Counted from the first letter of the stretch, positions 45,723 through 56,236 are shown. The stretch: 64,000 nucleotides of DNA from an uncultured Bacillota bacterium (GCA_963804645.1 CAWDRG010000017.1:160001-224000), one strand, 5' to 3'. Made by a program: numbers and translations. The notes: generated from the sequence alone by a model not told the origin.

Positions 45723-47528
45723 TCATCGCGCGGGCTGGCCCGCGGGGCCGGCCGACGGCGCCGGCGGCCCGGGCGGCGCGGCGGCGGAGTCGGCCGCGGG
45801 AATCGTCGGCGGAATCTGCAGGTACCAGAGCGCCTGCCGGCCGATCTCGCGGAACACGGGCGCCGCGACGTCGCCGCCGTAGTAGAGCCCCTGCGGGTGG
45901 TCGATGACCACCAGGATGGCCAAGCGCGGGGCGATCGCCGGCACCACGCCGACAAACGACGCGATGTAGCCGCCCGACTCGTATCCGCCGTTCGGGCTCG
46001 GCTTCTGCGCGGTCCCGGTTTTGCCGGCCACGGTGAACCCGGGGATCTGGGCCTTCACGCCGGTCCCGCCGTCGGAGATGACTCCGCGCATCATGGCGAG
46101 CACCTGGTCGGCGACGGCCGCGGGCACCACGCGGTGGGGCGCGTCGGCCGCGGGCGCGTCGACCGGATGGCCGGCCGCATCGCGGATCTCGCCGAGCAGG
46201 TGCGGCCGTACCTCCATCCCGCCGGTCGTCAACGACGAGGCCGCCACCAGCAACTGCAGCGGGGTGACGGAGATGCCCTGGCCGAACCCGATGTTCTGCA
46301 GGGTGGGCCCGAACCACTGGCTGATCGGCCTAATGAGTCCCGACGCTTCGCCCGGCAGGTCGATCCCGGTCGGACGCCCGAACCCGAACCGGTGAATGTA
46401 GTCCGCGTACGTGGCCTTCCCGACGCGGGTCGCGACCTGCACCGCGCCCACGTTGCTCGAGTACTTGATGATGTCCGCGAGGCTCAGCGACGCGAAGTGC
46501 TCGGTTGTCTCCGCGTCGTGAATCGTCACACCGTTGATGCGGATCTGCCCGGGATCCGTCACCCGATCGTCGGGCGTGAACGTGCCGCTCTCGGTCGCCG
46601 CGGCCGCGAGGATCAGCTTGAACGTCGACCCCGGCTCGTACAGCGCCGAGACCGCCGCGTTGTTCCACAGCGCCGGCGGCGCCTTCTGGTACGCGTTGGG
46701 GTCGAAGGTCGGCGTCGTCGCGATCGCGAGAATCGCGCCGGTGGCGGGATCCATGACGATCGCGACGCCGCCGAGCGCGTGTGCCTGCGCGACCGCGTGC
46801 GTGAGCTCGCGCTCGGCGATGTGCTGGATCACTTCGTCGAGCGTCAGCACCAGCGTGTCGCCGTCGCGCGGCGGGGTGAGGATCTGCAGCGTCTGCATCA
46901 GCTCGCGGCCGATCGCATCGCGGTTCGCGGTCCCGACGCCGCTGGCGCCGCGCAGGAGCGCGTCGTACCGCAGTTCGAGCCCCGCGAGTCCCGCATCGTC
47001 GGTGCCGGTGAAGCCGACCACGCTCGCGGCGAGCGGGCCGTTCGGGTAGTCGCGCTGGGCCTCCGGGACGACGCCAATCGCGCTGCCGTACCCGAGCGCG
47101 GCGAGCGCCTGCGCGACCGCGACCGGCTGCCGCCGGGCGAGCCACGCGAAGTACCGGCCGCCGCGCCCAAGCCGCGCGGTGATCTCCGCGGGGGGGAGAC
47201 CCAGCACCGGCGCGACACGCTGCGCAAACTCGGCCGGATCCGTGATCGCCTGCGGCACCGCGTAGATGGAGTCGACGTCGACGTTGATGGCGAGCGGACG
47301 GCCGACGCGGTCGAGGATCACGCCGCGGCGGCCGGGAATCTGCACGGTTTCGAGCTGCTGGCGGAGCGCGAGGCGCTCCAGCGTCCGGGCGCGCACCACC
47401 TGCAGATCGACCATGCGCGCGAACAGGCCGACGCACGCCAGGATCCAGACCACCAGCAGCGCAACCAGCCGGCCGGGAGTCGCGCCGGCCCGCGGCACCG
47501 CGTGAAGCCGCCCGTGCCTGGGCGTCAT
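45723..47528 (-). CDS. ftsI: Class B penicillin-binding protein (FtsI/SpoVD-like)
   Basis: RGVILDR, RDYP, GLAGLE; STFK, SSN and KTG transpeptidase motifs. Confidence 0.93.
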   Translation of the reverse strand: MTPRHGRLHAVPRAGATPGRLVALLVVWILACVGLFARMVDLQVVRARTLERLALRQQLETVQIPGRRGVILDRVGRPLAINVDVDSIYAVPQAITDPAEFAQRVAPVLGLPPAEITARLGRGGRYFAWLARRQPVAVAQALAALGYGSAIGVVPEAQRDYPNGPLAASVVGFTGTDDAGLAGLELRYDALLRGASGVGTANRDAIGRELMQTLQILTPPRDGDTLVLTLDEVIQHIAERELTHAVAQAHALGGVAIVMDPATGAILAIATTPTFDPNAYQKAPPALWNNAAVSALYEPGSTFKLILAAAATESGTFTPDDRVTDPGQIRINGVTIHDAETTEHFASLSLADIIKYSSNVGAVQVATRVGKATYADYIHRFGFGRPTGIDLPGEASGLIRPISQWFGPTLQNIGFGQGISVTPLQLLVAASSLTTGGMEVRPHLLGEIRDAAGHPVDAPAADAPHRVVPAAVADQVLAMMRGVISDGGTGVKAQIPGFTVAGKTGTAQKPSPNGGYESGGYIASFVGVVPAIAPRLAILVVIDHPQGLYYGGDVAAPVFREIGRQALWYLQIPPTIPAADSAAAPPGPPAPSAGPAGQPAR

Positions 47529-47992
47529 CGCGTCAGCGGTGCGGCTGCCGCCTCATTCCGGTGGAGGTACGCGTCGAGACGCTGCCACAGCCCAGACGGA
47601 CCGCGGGCGTCGTCCGCGGTCCCGAGGTCGGACACCGACAGCGACGCGATCTGGCCCGCGCCCGGGGGGCGCAGCCCGAGCCGCGTCGTCGCCAGCCGTT
47701 CAATACGATCTGGAGCCCTGAGGGAGGAGGCGATGGCCTGGAGGCGTTCGTGGTCCGTCTGTAGTGCCGCGATGTCCTGCGAGTCCTGGAGGATGTGGTA
47801 GCCGATGTGTGCTGCGTTGGATACAGCTGCGACGTATGCGACGAGTGGTAGTATGGCGAGTGCTGCGATCGTGAGTGCCGCGATCATGGGATATGGCCTC
47901 CGCCGACGCCGGATCGCCTCCCTCCCTTCAGGGCCCCAATGCGCAGGAATCAGCACCGGGCACGCCGATTGGCCTTGCCGAGCCGCCAACAT
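47525..47992 (-). CDS. ftsL: Cell division protein FtsL
   Basis: Single TM helix, coiled coil, PDRIERLATTRLGL; position between rsmH and ftsI. Confidence 0.85.
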   Translation of the reverse strand: MLAARQGQSACPVLIPAHWGPEGREAIRRRRRPYPMIAALTIAALAILPLVAYVAAVSNAAHIGYHILQDSQDIAALQTDHERLQAIASSLRAPDRIERLATTRLGLRPPGAGQIASLSVSDLGTADDARGPSGLWQRLDAYLHRNEAAAAPLTR

Positions 47993-49008
47993 CAGTGGGT
48001 CTCTCCCCCGCGCGGCCGCCGGCCCGAGCGCGCGGCCGGGGCCGCGTCCTCGAGCCGCTCCGCCGCGCGCAGCCGCGCGCTGCGCGCCCGGGGATTCTGG
48101 CGCACCTCCGCGGCCGATGCGGTGACGGGCTTCTTGGTCAGCACGCGCAAGAGGCGCTGGCCGCCGCACCCGCACACCGGCAGGTCCGGCGGGCACGTGC
48201 AGCCCTTGGAGAAGCGGGCGAGCGTCTGCTTGACGATGCGGTCCTCGAGCGAGTGAAAGGCGATCACGCACAGCCGACCGCCCGGGCGCAGCCGGCGAAT
48301 CGCCTGCGGCAGTCCGGCCTCGAGCTCGCCCATCTCGTCGTTGGTCGCGATGCGAATCGCTTGAAACGTCCGGGTCGCCGGGTGCAGGCGCCCGCGCGAC
48401 CCGCCGAGCGCCGCCTCGACGGCCTGCACGAGATCCCGCGTGGTCCGCAGCGGCCGCCGCGTCACGATCTGCCGGGCGATCCTCCGCGACGCGCGCTCTT
48501 CCCCGTACCGGTAGATCAGATCGGCGAGGTCGCGCTCGCGCAGCGTGTTCACGAGATCGGCGGCGGTCAGGTCCTGCCCGCGGTCCATACGCATGTCGAG
48601 CGGGCCGGCGCGGTCGAAGCTGAACCCGCGCGAGGGCTCGAGGAGCTGCCGCGTCGAGACGCCGATATCGAGCAAGATGCCGTCGACCGTCCCCACCCCC
48701 AGGGCGTCGAGCGCCCCGTCCAGATCGCCAAAGCTCGCCTGCTGCAACGTCACGTTGCGGCCGAACGGACGCAGCCGCTCCTCCGCGTGCGCGATCGCGT
48801 CCCCGTCCCGGTCCAGTCCGATCAACCGGCCCGCGGGCGCGATCCGGCGCAGCACCGCTTCGGCGTGCCCGCCGTCTCCCACCGTTGCGTCCACGATCAC
48901 CGCCCCCTCGCGGGGCGCGAGATACGTCATCACTTCATCGACCAGAACCGGCACATGCGTCGACATCCCGGGGGACTCCACCGCCGCGCTCGCCTGACAA
49001 GACGCCAC
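47992..49008 (-). CDS. rsmH: 16S rRNA m4C1402 methyltransferase (alternative start ATG 48966)
   Basis: HVPVL, DATVGDGGH, PLDMRMD, HPATRTFQAIRI, FHSLEDRIVK, NPRARSARLR. Confidence 0.97.
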   Translation of the reverse strand: MASCQASAAVESPGMSTHVPVLVDEVMTYLAPREGAVIVDATVGDGGHAEAVLRRIAPAGRLIGLDRDGDAIAHAEERLRPFGRNVTLQQASFGDLDGALDALGVGTVDGILLDIGVSTRQLLEPSRGFSFDRAGPLDMRMDRGQDLTAADLVNTLRERDLADLIYRYGEERASRRIARQIVTRRPLRTTRDLVQAVEAALGGSRGRLHPATRTFQAIRIATNDEMGELEAGLPQAIRRLRPGGRLCVIAFHSLEDRIVKQTLARFSKGCTCPPDLPVCGCGGQRLLRVLTKKPVTASAAEVRQNPRARSARLRAAERLEDAAPAARSGRRPRGGETH

Positions 49009-49032
49009 TCGCGCCTCGCCCCTCCGCCATCG

Positions 49033-49455
49033 CTACAGGATCAAACCCTGGAGCTGATCCGCCAGCAACTCCGGCGCTTTCCGCGCCTTCTGGAGGCGGC
49101 GGCGCCACTGCGGCGTGTGCCAGAGCTCCAGGTGCGATCCCGCCCCAATGATCGTGACGCTCCGCGTGATCGCGGCGTGCTCGCGCAGGTGCGGCGCGAG
49201 CGGGATCCGGCCCTGCCGATCGAGATCGCAATCTTCCGCGCCCGACAGCAGCAGGCGCACGATGTCGCGCTGTCCGGCCGGCATCGCGCGCAACCGCTCC
49301 TCAAGCGTCTGCCACTCGATCGGGGAGAACGCGGCGAGGCACGGATCGATCCACCGCGTGACGATGATGCGATCGCCCATCGTCGCCCGGAATTTGGGAG
49401 GGATCACCACCCGCCCTTTGTCGTCGAGCGCGTACTGCGCCTCGCCTCTGAGCAT
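49033..49455 (-). CDS. mraZ: Division/cell wall cluster transcriptional repressor MraZ
   Basis: LDDKGRVVIP and LDRQGRIPL SpoVT-AbrB repeats; ELW. Confidence 0.96.
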   Translation of the reverse strand: MLRGEAQYALDDKGRVVIPPKFRATMGDRIIVTRWIDPCLAAFSPIEWQTLEERLRAMPAGQRDIVRLLLSGAEDCDLDRQGRIPLAPHLREHAAITRSVTIIGAGSHLELWHTPQWRRRLQKARKAPELLADQLQGLIL

Positions 49456-49476
49456 GTGTCCTCAACGTGCACGCAT

Positions 49477-49523
49477 CTCCCACCGTTCCCTATGAATCCC
49501 CACTATTCTCCACATGCCCCCAA
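49477..49523 (-). promoter_or_regulatory. MraZ-binding direct repeats
   Basis: GTGG-type boxes at exact 10-nt period (plus strand CCAC at 49480, 49500, 49510; variants at 49490, 49520) upstream of mraZ. Confidence 0.8.
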
Positions 49524-49549
49524 TCTCCTTCCCCTAGACTCACGCCGGC

Positions 49550-49580
49550 AAAATAAAAACGGGCCGCGCCGCCCGGCCCG
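49550..49580 (-). terminator. Rho-independent terminator after the DUF5317 gene
   Basis: CGGGCCG/CGGCCCG stem followed on the minus strand by TTTTTATTTT. Confidence 0.7.
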
Positions 49581-49610
49581 AATATCAGCGCACACACGTT
49601 CGCCTCTCTG

Positions 49611-50143
49611 CTACGCGGCGCCCCTCGCCGTGGTCGACTGCACGAATCCCGCGAGCCCGATCGCGAGCAGCACGTCCCCGACGCTCAGGATCAGGGCGAG
49701 CTGCCCGGCATGGACGAAGAGTCGATCGCCGAGCCACCCGAGGTGGGTGCCGGGCCCCGCGAGGACGTGTCGCGGATCCGTGCCGGCGAGCAACGAGCCC
49801 GGAACCGGCCGACCCATCCGCTCGAACAGCGACGGCGACACGGGCATGCGGCCCCCATTCGCCGCGATCACCGCGCCGTTGAGCACGGCGCCGACGAACA
49901 GCACGGGGAGCCACGGCCGATCGCGATTCCGCCACAGCATCACGCACACGGCCGCGTACCCCGCCGCCGCGAGCGCCGGCGCGGCTGCGGGGAACCCCAC
50001 CGGATCTCGGCCGCGGCCACCAGCACGATGCCGACCACCAGCAGCGGAAGCGTCCGGAGAGAAACCTGGGCGAGCCCCTGAAGCCGTCCGCCCCGCGCGA
50101 GGCCGATCGCGAGGCCGACCAGCGCGGCGACGAGCAGGATCAG
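49611..50143 (-). CDS. DUF5317-like membrane protein, frameshifted near 49996
   Basis: N-terminus LILLVAALVGLAIGLARGGRL in one frame; LNGAVIAANGGRMPVS...WLGD...SVGD in the next frame. Confidence 0.75.
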
Positions 50144-50406
50144 TACAAGACCTCGCGGGCGCCGGTCTTGTGCCGCACGACGACCACATCCGCGTTCTCT
50201 TGCAGGCGGCGCACGGCGTCGCTGATCACCGGTACCTCGACGGACCGGAAGGTGAACTCGCCTCCCGCGGGAAGCGCTTCTTCAAAGGCGTTGCCGCACG
50301 CGGTGCAGTAGTAGCCGCGCTCCGGCACAAAGGAGCCTTTGACGTGCAACCAGCGGATCGTGACGTGACTCACGATCGACTTGCGGCCGCAGTGCGGACA
50401 CCGCAT
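50140..50406 (-). CDS. Small zinc-ribbon protein
   Basis: MRCPHCG...YYCTACG; GAGGT RBS upstream. Confidence 0.7.
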   Translation of the reverse strand: MRCPHCGRKSIVSHVTIRWLHVKGSFVPERGYYCTACGNAFEEALPAGGEFTFRSVEVPVISDAVRRLQENADVVVVRHKTGAREVLY

Positions 50407-50560
50407 CGACAACCCCACCTCACGTGATGCTCGTCGTTATCCCGGCCGCGCGCGCCCGCCGACTCTCGCCGAGGCGCCGCCCGCGTCTTCTGGCACGGCC
50501 GAGTCGGCGGTTCCAGCCCGCCGCGGCCTCTTCCTGCCCCGACCACACCAACCCCCGGCG

Positions 50561-51556
50561 TCAGCCGGACGTCCCGGACGGCGAACTCCCCGCCGCGGGG
50601 GCCGGCGCCGCGGTCGCCGCGGGCGCGACGCCGATCACCTGAACGGCCTGCGGCAGCGCCGCGGCCACGACCGCCGGGTCCGGCGGTTGCGGCGGCTGCC
50701 CGGTCAGGCGCAGGTTCACGAGCCGGCCGAGAAAATCGAACCAAAACGGCGCGCCGAGCGACACGGCGGCCGCCGTGAACAACAGCCCCAGCAGCTTCGA
50801 GAGAATCCCGGCAACATCCGTCGGCACGGCGCGGGGATCCGTGCCGGTGTGCGCCAGTGACCAGCCGATCGGCAGCTGCAGGGCGACCAGGTCGGCTTCC
50901 GCTTGCGTCTCCGACGGCGGCGTGGGTTGGGCCCCGGGCGCCGGCGGCTGAACGGCGGTCTGGGCGGCCGACGCCACGCGGGCCACCAGCGCCGGATCCT
51001 GTGCGAGCCGGTTGGCGAACGTGAGGGTGTCGGCGTTCAGGACGACCGTGATCACGGCGGCGAGCACGAAAATGATCACCTGCACGCGGCGCTTGTACAC
51101 GCCGGAGGCGCGGTCCATCGCGTCATGAAACCACAGCTCGACCGAGCGCCGCAGGCCCTGCGGCGCGTTGCCGACCTGGTTGAGCATCGCCTGGAGCGCC
51201 CCCCGGATCTTCGCGTTGGGAATCGCGTCCACCCGCGCGCGCACCGCCGCGGCGGCCGCCGGTCCGGTCGCCACGTCCGCGATGTGCAGCACGTCGAGCA
51301 GCGTCGTCGCAAACACGCGCGCCGGAATGTACGACGGCAGGCGGCTGCTTCCCGACAATCCCTGGACAAGCGGGTGCGCATAGATCGCGTCCACGGTGGA
51401 ATCGTCGAGTAAATTGCGGAGCGCGGCGCTGAGCGTCGAGCCTCGCAGCGCCAGCAGGCCGGCCAGCCATTCGTTCGCGGCGCTGCACACCGTGCTTAAC
51501 AGCAGATACAAGAACGCCAGGCCGATCGCAACCTCGAGGACCACCGACCCAAACAT
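50561..51556 (-). CDS. Conserved hypothetical membrane protein
   Basis: LEVAIGL..LYLLLS, PSYIP, WFHDAMDR.SG.YKR, LGAPFWFD; GGGAGGGG RBS. Confidence 0.8.
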   Translation of the reverse strand: MFGSVVLEVAIGLAFLYLLLSTVCSAANEWLAGLLALRGSTLSAALRNLLDDSTVDAIYAHPLVQGLSGSSRLPSYIPARVFATTLLDVLHIADVATGPAAAAAVRARVDAIPNAKIRGALQAMLNQVGNAPQGLRRSVELWFHDAMDRASGVYKRRVQVIIFVLAAVITVVLNADTLTFANRLAQDPALVARVASAAQTAVQPPAPGAQPTPPSETQAEADLVALQLPIGWSLAHTGTDPRAVPTDVAGILSKLLGLLFTAAAVSLGAPFWFDFLGRLVNLRLTGQPPQPPDPAVVAAALPQAVQVIGVAPAATAAPAPAAGSSPSGTSG

Positions 51557-51745
51557 GTCGACCCCTCCCGTCGGTTACGACGCGCGCTGCGTCGCCATCG
51601 TTGCCGGCCCCGCGACCCCGTCCGCGGTCCTGCCCTGCGATCACCGCGGCGGCGGTCTGGGCTCCGAACGCGCCACAGGCCGGGCCCGGATTACCCCCCG
51701 TCGGCGGTCCGGCCGGCCGTGCGGACCGTTCCCCGGGAGTCGGCG

Positions 51746-52777
51746 CTACGCCTCAATGCGCTCGCGACGCCGCGCGGTCAGCTCGGCCGCGACCCGGATC
51801 GCCTCGACCATGCTGACGGCGCTCGCCACCCCCTTGCCCGCGATGTCGAACGCGGTGCCGTGGTCGACCGACGTCCGCACGAAGGGCAGGCCGGTCGTCA
51901 CGCTCACCGTCTTGTAGAAATCGGACATCTTCGCCGCGACGTGACCCTGATCGTGATACAGCGAGAGCACCGCGTCGAACCGGCCGTCCGCGGCGAGATG
52001 GAACACCGAGTCCGCCGGGATCGGGCCGGACACGTCGAGCCCGGCGCGTCGCGCGTCCTCGATCCCGGGCGTAATCTCCACAATTTCCTCCTGGCCCATC
52101 TTCCCGCCCTCGCCGGCGTGCGGGTTCAGCGCGGCCACGACGATGCGCGGCGCGGCGAGTCCGAGGCCCGCGAGCACCTGGGCCATCACCCCGAGCGTCT
52201 CCGCGATGCGCTTGCGCGTCACCTGGTCGATCGCGTCGCGCAGCGAGAGGTGGCGTGTGAGGAAGAAGATCCGCAGCGCGCCGATGACGAACATCGTCAG
52301 AGACTCCCGACTCTGAGTCAGCTCGGCGAGCATCTCCGTGTGGCCCGGATACGGATACCCGGCGGCCCACAGCGCCTCCTTATTGAGGGGCGCCGTCGCG
52401 ATCGCGTCGATCTCGCCGGCCTGCGCAAGCCGGATCGCCCGCTCGATCGCCTGCCCGGCGGCGCGGCCGGCGTCGGGTTGGATCACCCCCATCCGCAGCG
52501 TCCCGGGATTCACGTTGGCGAGGTCGAGCACGTCGATGGTGCCGTGCGCATACCGGCCCCCCCGGGGCTCCGCCACCGCGGCCACGGCCACCGGCAGCGC
52601 CAGATCGCGCGCAGTCCTCGCGATCGTGCCGAGGTCGCCGACCACGAGCGGCCGCGACGTCTCGTACAGTTCGGGCCCGGCGAGGGCCTTGGCGATGATC
52701 TCCGGACCGATCCCGGCCGGGTCGCCCATCGTCACGCCGATCAGCGGGCGTCCATCGGATGCGGCCATCTGCCTCAC
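51746..52777 (-). CDS. pdxA: PdxA-family dehydrogenase (probably catabolic PdxA2)
   Basis: TMGDPAGIGPE, TAPLNK, GHTE, LNPHAGE, YHDQGH, RTSVDHGTAFDIAG. Confidence 0.92.
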   Translation of the reverse strand: MRQMAASDGRPLIGVTMGDPAGIGPEIIAKALAGPELYETSRPLVVGDLGTIARTARDLALPVAVAAVAEPRGGRYAHGTIDVLDLANVNPGTLRMGVIQPDAGRAAGQAIERAIRLAQAGEIDAIATAPLNKEALWAAGYPYPGHTEMLAELTQSRESLTMFVIGALRIFFLTRHLSLRDAIDQVTRKRIAETLGVMAQVLAGLGLAAPRIVVAALNPHAGEGGKMGQEEIVEITPGIEDARRAGLDVSGPIPADSVFHLAADGRFDAVLSLYHDQGHVAAKMSDFYKTVSVTTGLPFVRTSVDHGTAFDIAGKGVASAVSMVEAIRVAAELTARRRERIEA

Positions 52778-54282
52778 TCCCTCTCGGCGGCCCCGCCGCG
52801 ATGCTCGTGGAACACGGGGCTCAGCGCCTCATACAGTCGGGTATACACGTCGTACAGGACCGCGTATCGTGCCCCGGCCTCGGGGTCCGGCGCGTACGTC
52901 TGCCCCACGGGGTTGATCGCACGCGCCGCATCCTCCACGCTGCCGACTCGCCCGATCGCCGACGCGGCCAGCAGCATCGCACCGAGCGCCGCCGCGTCGG
53001 TCTGGCGCGGCACGCCCACCGGCCGGCCGAGCACGTCGGCGATGATCTGGTCCCACAGCGCGCTCCGGGCACCACCCCCGACGGCAACCACTTCGCGGGG
53101 GCTGAGACCCATCCCCTCCAACAGCGCGACGCACGCGCGGACCTCGCACGCGACGCCTTCCATGATGCTGCGGGCCAAGTCGCCGAGCCCGTGGGTCTCG
53201 CGCAGGCCGAACCACGTCCCGCGCGCGTCCGGGTCCCATCGCGTCGCCCGCGCGCCCATCATGAACGGCAGGAATACGAGGTCGTCCGCGCCGGCCGGCA
53301 CCGCCTGCGCGAGCGCGTCGAGCCGCGGGTAATCGAGCGTGCCGCCGAGCAGGATGTCGCGAAGCCATCGGAGGATCGAGCCGGACGCGCTGATGCCCTG
53401 CTCCAGGAGGAACGCGCCGTCGACGGCGTGCAGCGAGCACATCACGCGCGGATCGCGCGCGGCGGGCACGCCGGGCGACGCCGCCGACACGTTCGTCGTG
53501 GTTCCGGTGGAGACCATGACGCGCCCCCCGACCGCGCCGGCGCCGAGCACCTCGCACGGCCGGTCCCCGGCGCCGAGCGCCACCGGCACCCCGGAGGGGA
53601 TCCCCAGCGCGGCCGCGGCGGAGGCGGCCACGCGATGCGGCGCCGCGGTGGACGCGTACACCGGGGGAAACGCATCGGGCGTGATCCCCACGTACGCGAA
53701 CGCCTCCGGCCACCACGTGCGGCGCACGACGTCGAGCATCATCGTGCGAGACGCGAGCGTGTAATCCGTCGCCGGGTGACCGGTCAGGCACAGATAGAGG
53801 TAATCCCGCGGCTGCAGGTACAGCCGCGCGGCCCGAAACACGTCGGGGGCATTGGCGCGCAGCCACAGAATCTTGCCGGCGGTGAACTCGGTGTCGGGCA
53901 CGAGCCCGGTGATCTCGTGGACCCGTTCCCGGCCGAACGTGCGCACGAACGCCTCGATCTCTCCGGTCGACCGGCGGTCCATCCAGATGATGCACCGCCC
54001 GAGCGGGCGGAGGTCCGCGTCCATCGGCACGACGCCGCCGCGGTGGCTGCTCAGGCCGACCGCGACGACGCGGCGGCGGGCCTCCTGGGGCAGCACGGCG
54101 CACCCGCGCGCGGCGGCGTCCCACCAGGCCGACGGGTCCTGCTCCGCGGCCCCCGGCTCCGGGTGCAGCGTCGGATATTGGACGCTCGTCTGCGCCGCGA
54201 CGCTGCCGTCCATGGCAAACAGCGACGCCTTGCACGCCGTGGTGCCCAGGTCGAGCGTGAGGATGTGCTCGGGCACAATCAC
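52774..54282 (-). CDS. FGGY family carbohydrate kinase (xylulokinase-like)
   Basis: LDLGTT, WMDRRS, KILWL, STGTT, EGVA, VGGGARS. Confidence 0.9.
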   Translation of the reverse strand: MIVPEHILTLDLGTTACKASLFAMDGSVAAQTSVQYPTLHPEPGAAEQDPSAWWDAAARGCAVLPQEARRRVVAVGLSSHRGGVVPMDADLRPLGRCIIWMDRRSTGEIEAFVRTFGRERVHEITGLVPDTEFTAGKILWLRANAPDVFRAARLYLQPRDYLYLCLTGHPATDYTLASRTMMLDVVRRTWWPEAFAYVGITPDAFPPVYASTAAPHRVAASAAAALGIPSGVPVALGAGDRPCEVLGAGAVGGRVMVSTGTTTNVSAASPGVPAARDPRVMCSLHAVDGAFLLEQGISASGSILRWLRDILLGGTLDYPRLDALAQAVPAGADDLVFLPFMMGARATRWDPDARGTWFGLRETHGLGDLARSIMEGVACEVRACVALLEGMGLSPREVVAVGGGARSALWDQIIADVLGRPVGVPRQTDAAALGAMLLAASAIGRVGSVEDAARAINPVGQTYAPDPEAGARYAVLYDVYTRLYEALSPVFHEHRGGAAERE

Positions 54283-54307
54283 GCGGGCGCCCGGGATGCC
54301 GGCGGCA

Positions 54308-55294
54308 CTAGCGCCGCTGCAGCGCCTCGGGGTTCACGACGTTCGGAGGAAGCGCTCCGGTGACGCCCGCGAGACAGTTCTCCGCGGCCATCGTCGCCAT
54401 CTTGATGCGCGTGTGAATGCTCGCGCTGCCGAGGTGCGGGGGAATCACGACGTTGTCGAGCCGCAGCAGTGGATCGTCCATCGGCACCGGCTCGACCTCA
54501 AAGACGTCGAGCCCGGCCGCCCAGATCCGCTTGTCGACGAGCGCCCGGTACAGCGCCCGCTGGTCGACCACCGGGCCGCGGGAGATGTTCACCAGCACGG
54601 CCGTCGGCTTCATGAGCGCCAGCTCCCGCTCGCCGATCAGGTGGCGCGTGTCCGGGGTGAGCGCGGTTGAGATCATCACAAAATCGCTCTGCCGCAGGAG
54701 GTCGTCGAGGGATGCGTAGGTGGCCCCGAGCTCCGCTTCAAGCGTCTCGTTGCGGCGCCGGTTGTGATACAAGAGCGGCATATCGAACCCGCGTGCCCGG
54801 CGAGCGATCGCGGCGCCGATTCGGCCGAGCCCGACGATGCCGAGCGTCGCCCCGTGCACGTCCTGGCCGGTAAACCCCATGAGCTCCCAGGTCTTCCACC
54901 GCCCCGAGCGTGTAAACCTGTCGCCCTCGACGACCCGGCGGGCCGTCGCCATCAGGATCGCCCATCCCATGTCGGCGCTGGTTTCCGTCAGCACGCCCGG
55001 CGTGTTCGTGACCAGGATGCCGCGCCGGGTCGCGGCCGCGACGTCGATGTTGTCGTACCCGACCGCCACCTGGGAGATCACCCGGCACCGCCGGGCCCGC
55101 TCGACCACCTCGGCGTCGATCTTCTCGGTGATCAGGCAGATGAGCCCGTCCACGTCAACGATCTCGCGCAGCAGCGTGTCGCGCGGCACCGGCTCGTCGT
55201 GCCGGTCCCACACACGGTATTCCACCGCGCCCCGAAGCGGCTCCATCGCCTCCGGGGGCAGCGGGCGCGTGATATAGATCCGCGGGGTGGCCAT
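54308..55294 (-). CDS. D-glycerate/2-hydroxyacid dehydrogenase (glyoxylate reductase-like)
   Basis: AVGYDNIDV, TNTPGVLT, GLGRIG, NISRG, AGLDVFE, PHLGSA. Confidence 0.93.
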   Translation of the reverse strand: MATPRIYITRPLPPEAMEPLRGAVEYRVWDRHDEPVPRDTLLREIVDVDGLICLITEKIDAEVVERARRCRVISQVAVGYDNIDVAAATRRGILVTNTPGVLTETSADMGWAILMATARRVVEGDRFTRSGRWKTWELMGFTGQDVHGATLGIVGLGRIGAAIARRARGFDMPLLYHNRRRNETLEAELGATYASLDDLLRQSDFVMISTALTPDTRHLIGERELALMKPTAVLVNISRGPVVDQRALYRALVDKRIWAAGLDVFEVEPVPMDDPLLRLDNVVIPPHLGSASIHTRIKMATMAAENCLAGVTGALPPNVVNPEALQRR

Positions 55295-55321
55295 CCCGTG
55301 TCCTCCTCGATCCGGGACCCG

Positions 55322-56236
55322 CTACAGCTGGGCCCAGGCGTCGGCGAAGACGCGCTTCGTGCTCGCGATCACCGTGGCGGGATCCTCGCCGGGCTGCGGC
55401 TTCACTTCAAAGCTGAGGAACGGCAGTCGGTTCGTCGCGCCGAGGAACCCGATCTCAAACAGCACCCGCAGGTACTCGAGCACCTCCGGCGTGTCGTTCT
55501 CCCCGCCGGCGATGCCGAACCGGGGATGCGCGTCGCCGTACGCGGGGTGCTTGGGATCGCCCATGACGCAGTTCCCGATGTGCGCGTGCACCAGATGGTC
55601 CCGGCCGGTGATCAGCGACTCCCGGACGCTCTCGCCGAGCAGCGGCATGTGGCTCAGGTCGAGCATCAGGCCGAACTCGCGATATTCCTTGCGCACGGCC
55701 TCGGAGACCTTGACGGCCAGCGTGGTCGGCCCCACGAGCGACTTCTTCTCGACCGTCCGGTCGAACGTCTCCATTGTGATCGCGAGATTGCGGTCCCGCG
55801 CGTACCCCGAGAGCTCCATCAGCGAAGCGACGAGCCGCTCGGTGGCCTTCGCCTCGTCCGCCGCGCCGGGATACGGGCCGCTCAGCACGGCGACCCGCTT
55901 GGCCCCGAGGGCCGCAGCCTGGTCGATGCATCCGTGGACGACCTCAACGGCCTTGCGCCGCGTCGGCTCGTCGAGCGCGTTCAGGTTCGATTTCGTCGTG
56001 AGCAGCGCGGACTGCGCCCCGAATCCGACCGCGAGATGGCTCTCCCGGAGCACCGCGGCCGCGGCGACGCGCTGGGCCGCGTCGTGCGCCCACCCGACCT
56101 CGATCGCGGTAAAGAACGGATCGCGGGCGATCTCGCGGATCGTGTCCGCATAGGGCCCCTCACCGGCCATGACCGCCGGGAACGCCATGAAGTGCACGAT
56201 CCCCAGCCGAAGATATCGGGTCCAGGACTCGTCCAT
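55322..56236 (-). CDS. Sugar phosphate isomerase/epimerase (xylose-isomerase-like TIM barrel)
   Basis: GIVHFMAFP, METFD, LDLSH, HAHIGNC, SFEVKP; GGAGG RBS before ATG 56236. Confidence 0.82.
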   Translation of the reverse strand: MDESWTRYLRLGIVHFMAFPAVMAGEGPYADTIREIARDPFFTAIEVGWAHDAAQRVAAAAVLRESHLAVGFGAQSALLTTKSNLNALDEPTRRKAVEVVHGCIDQAAALGAKRVAVLSGPYPGAADEAKATERLVASLMELSGYARDRNLAITMETFDRTVEKKSLVGPTTLAVKVSEAVRKEYREFGLMLDLSHMPLLGESVRESLITGRDHLVHAHIGNCVMGDPKHPAYGDAHPRFGIAGGENDTPEVLEYLRVLFEIGFLGATNRLPFLSFEVKPQPGEDPATVIASTKRVFADAWAQL

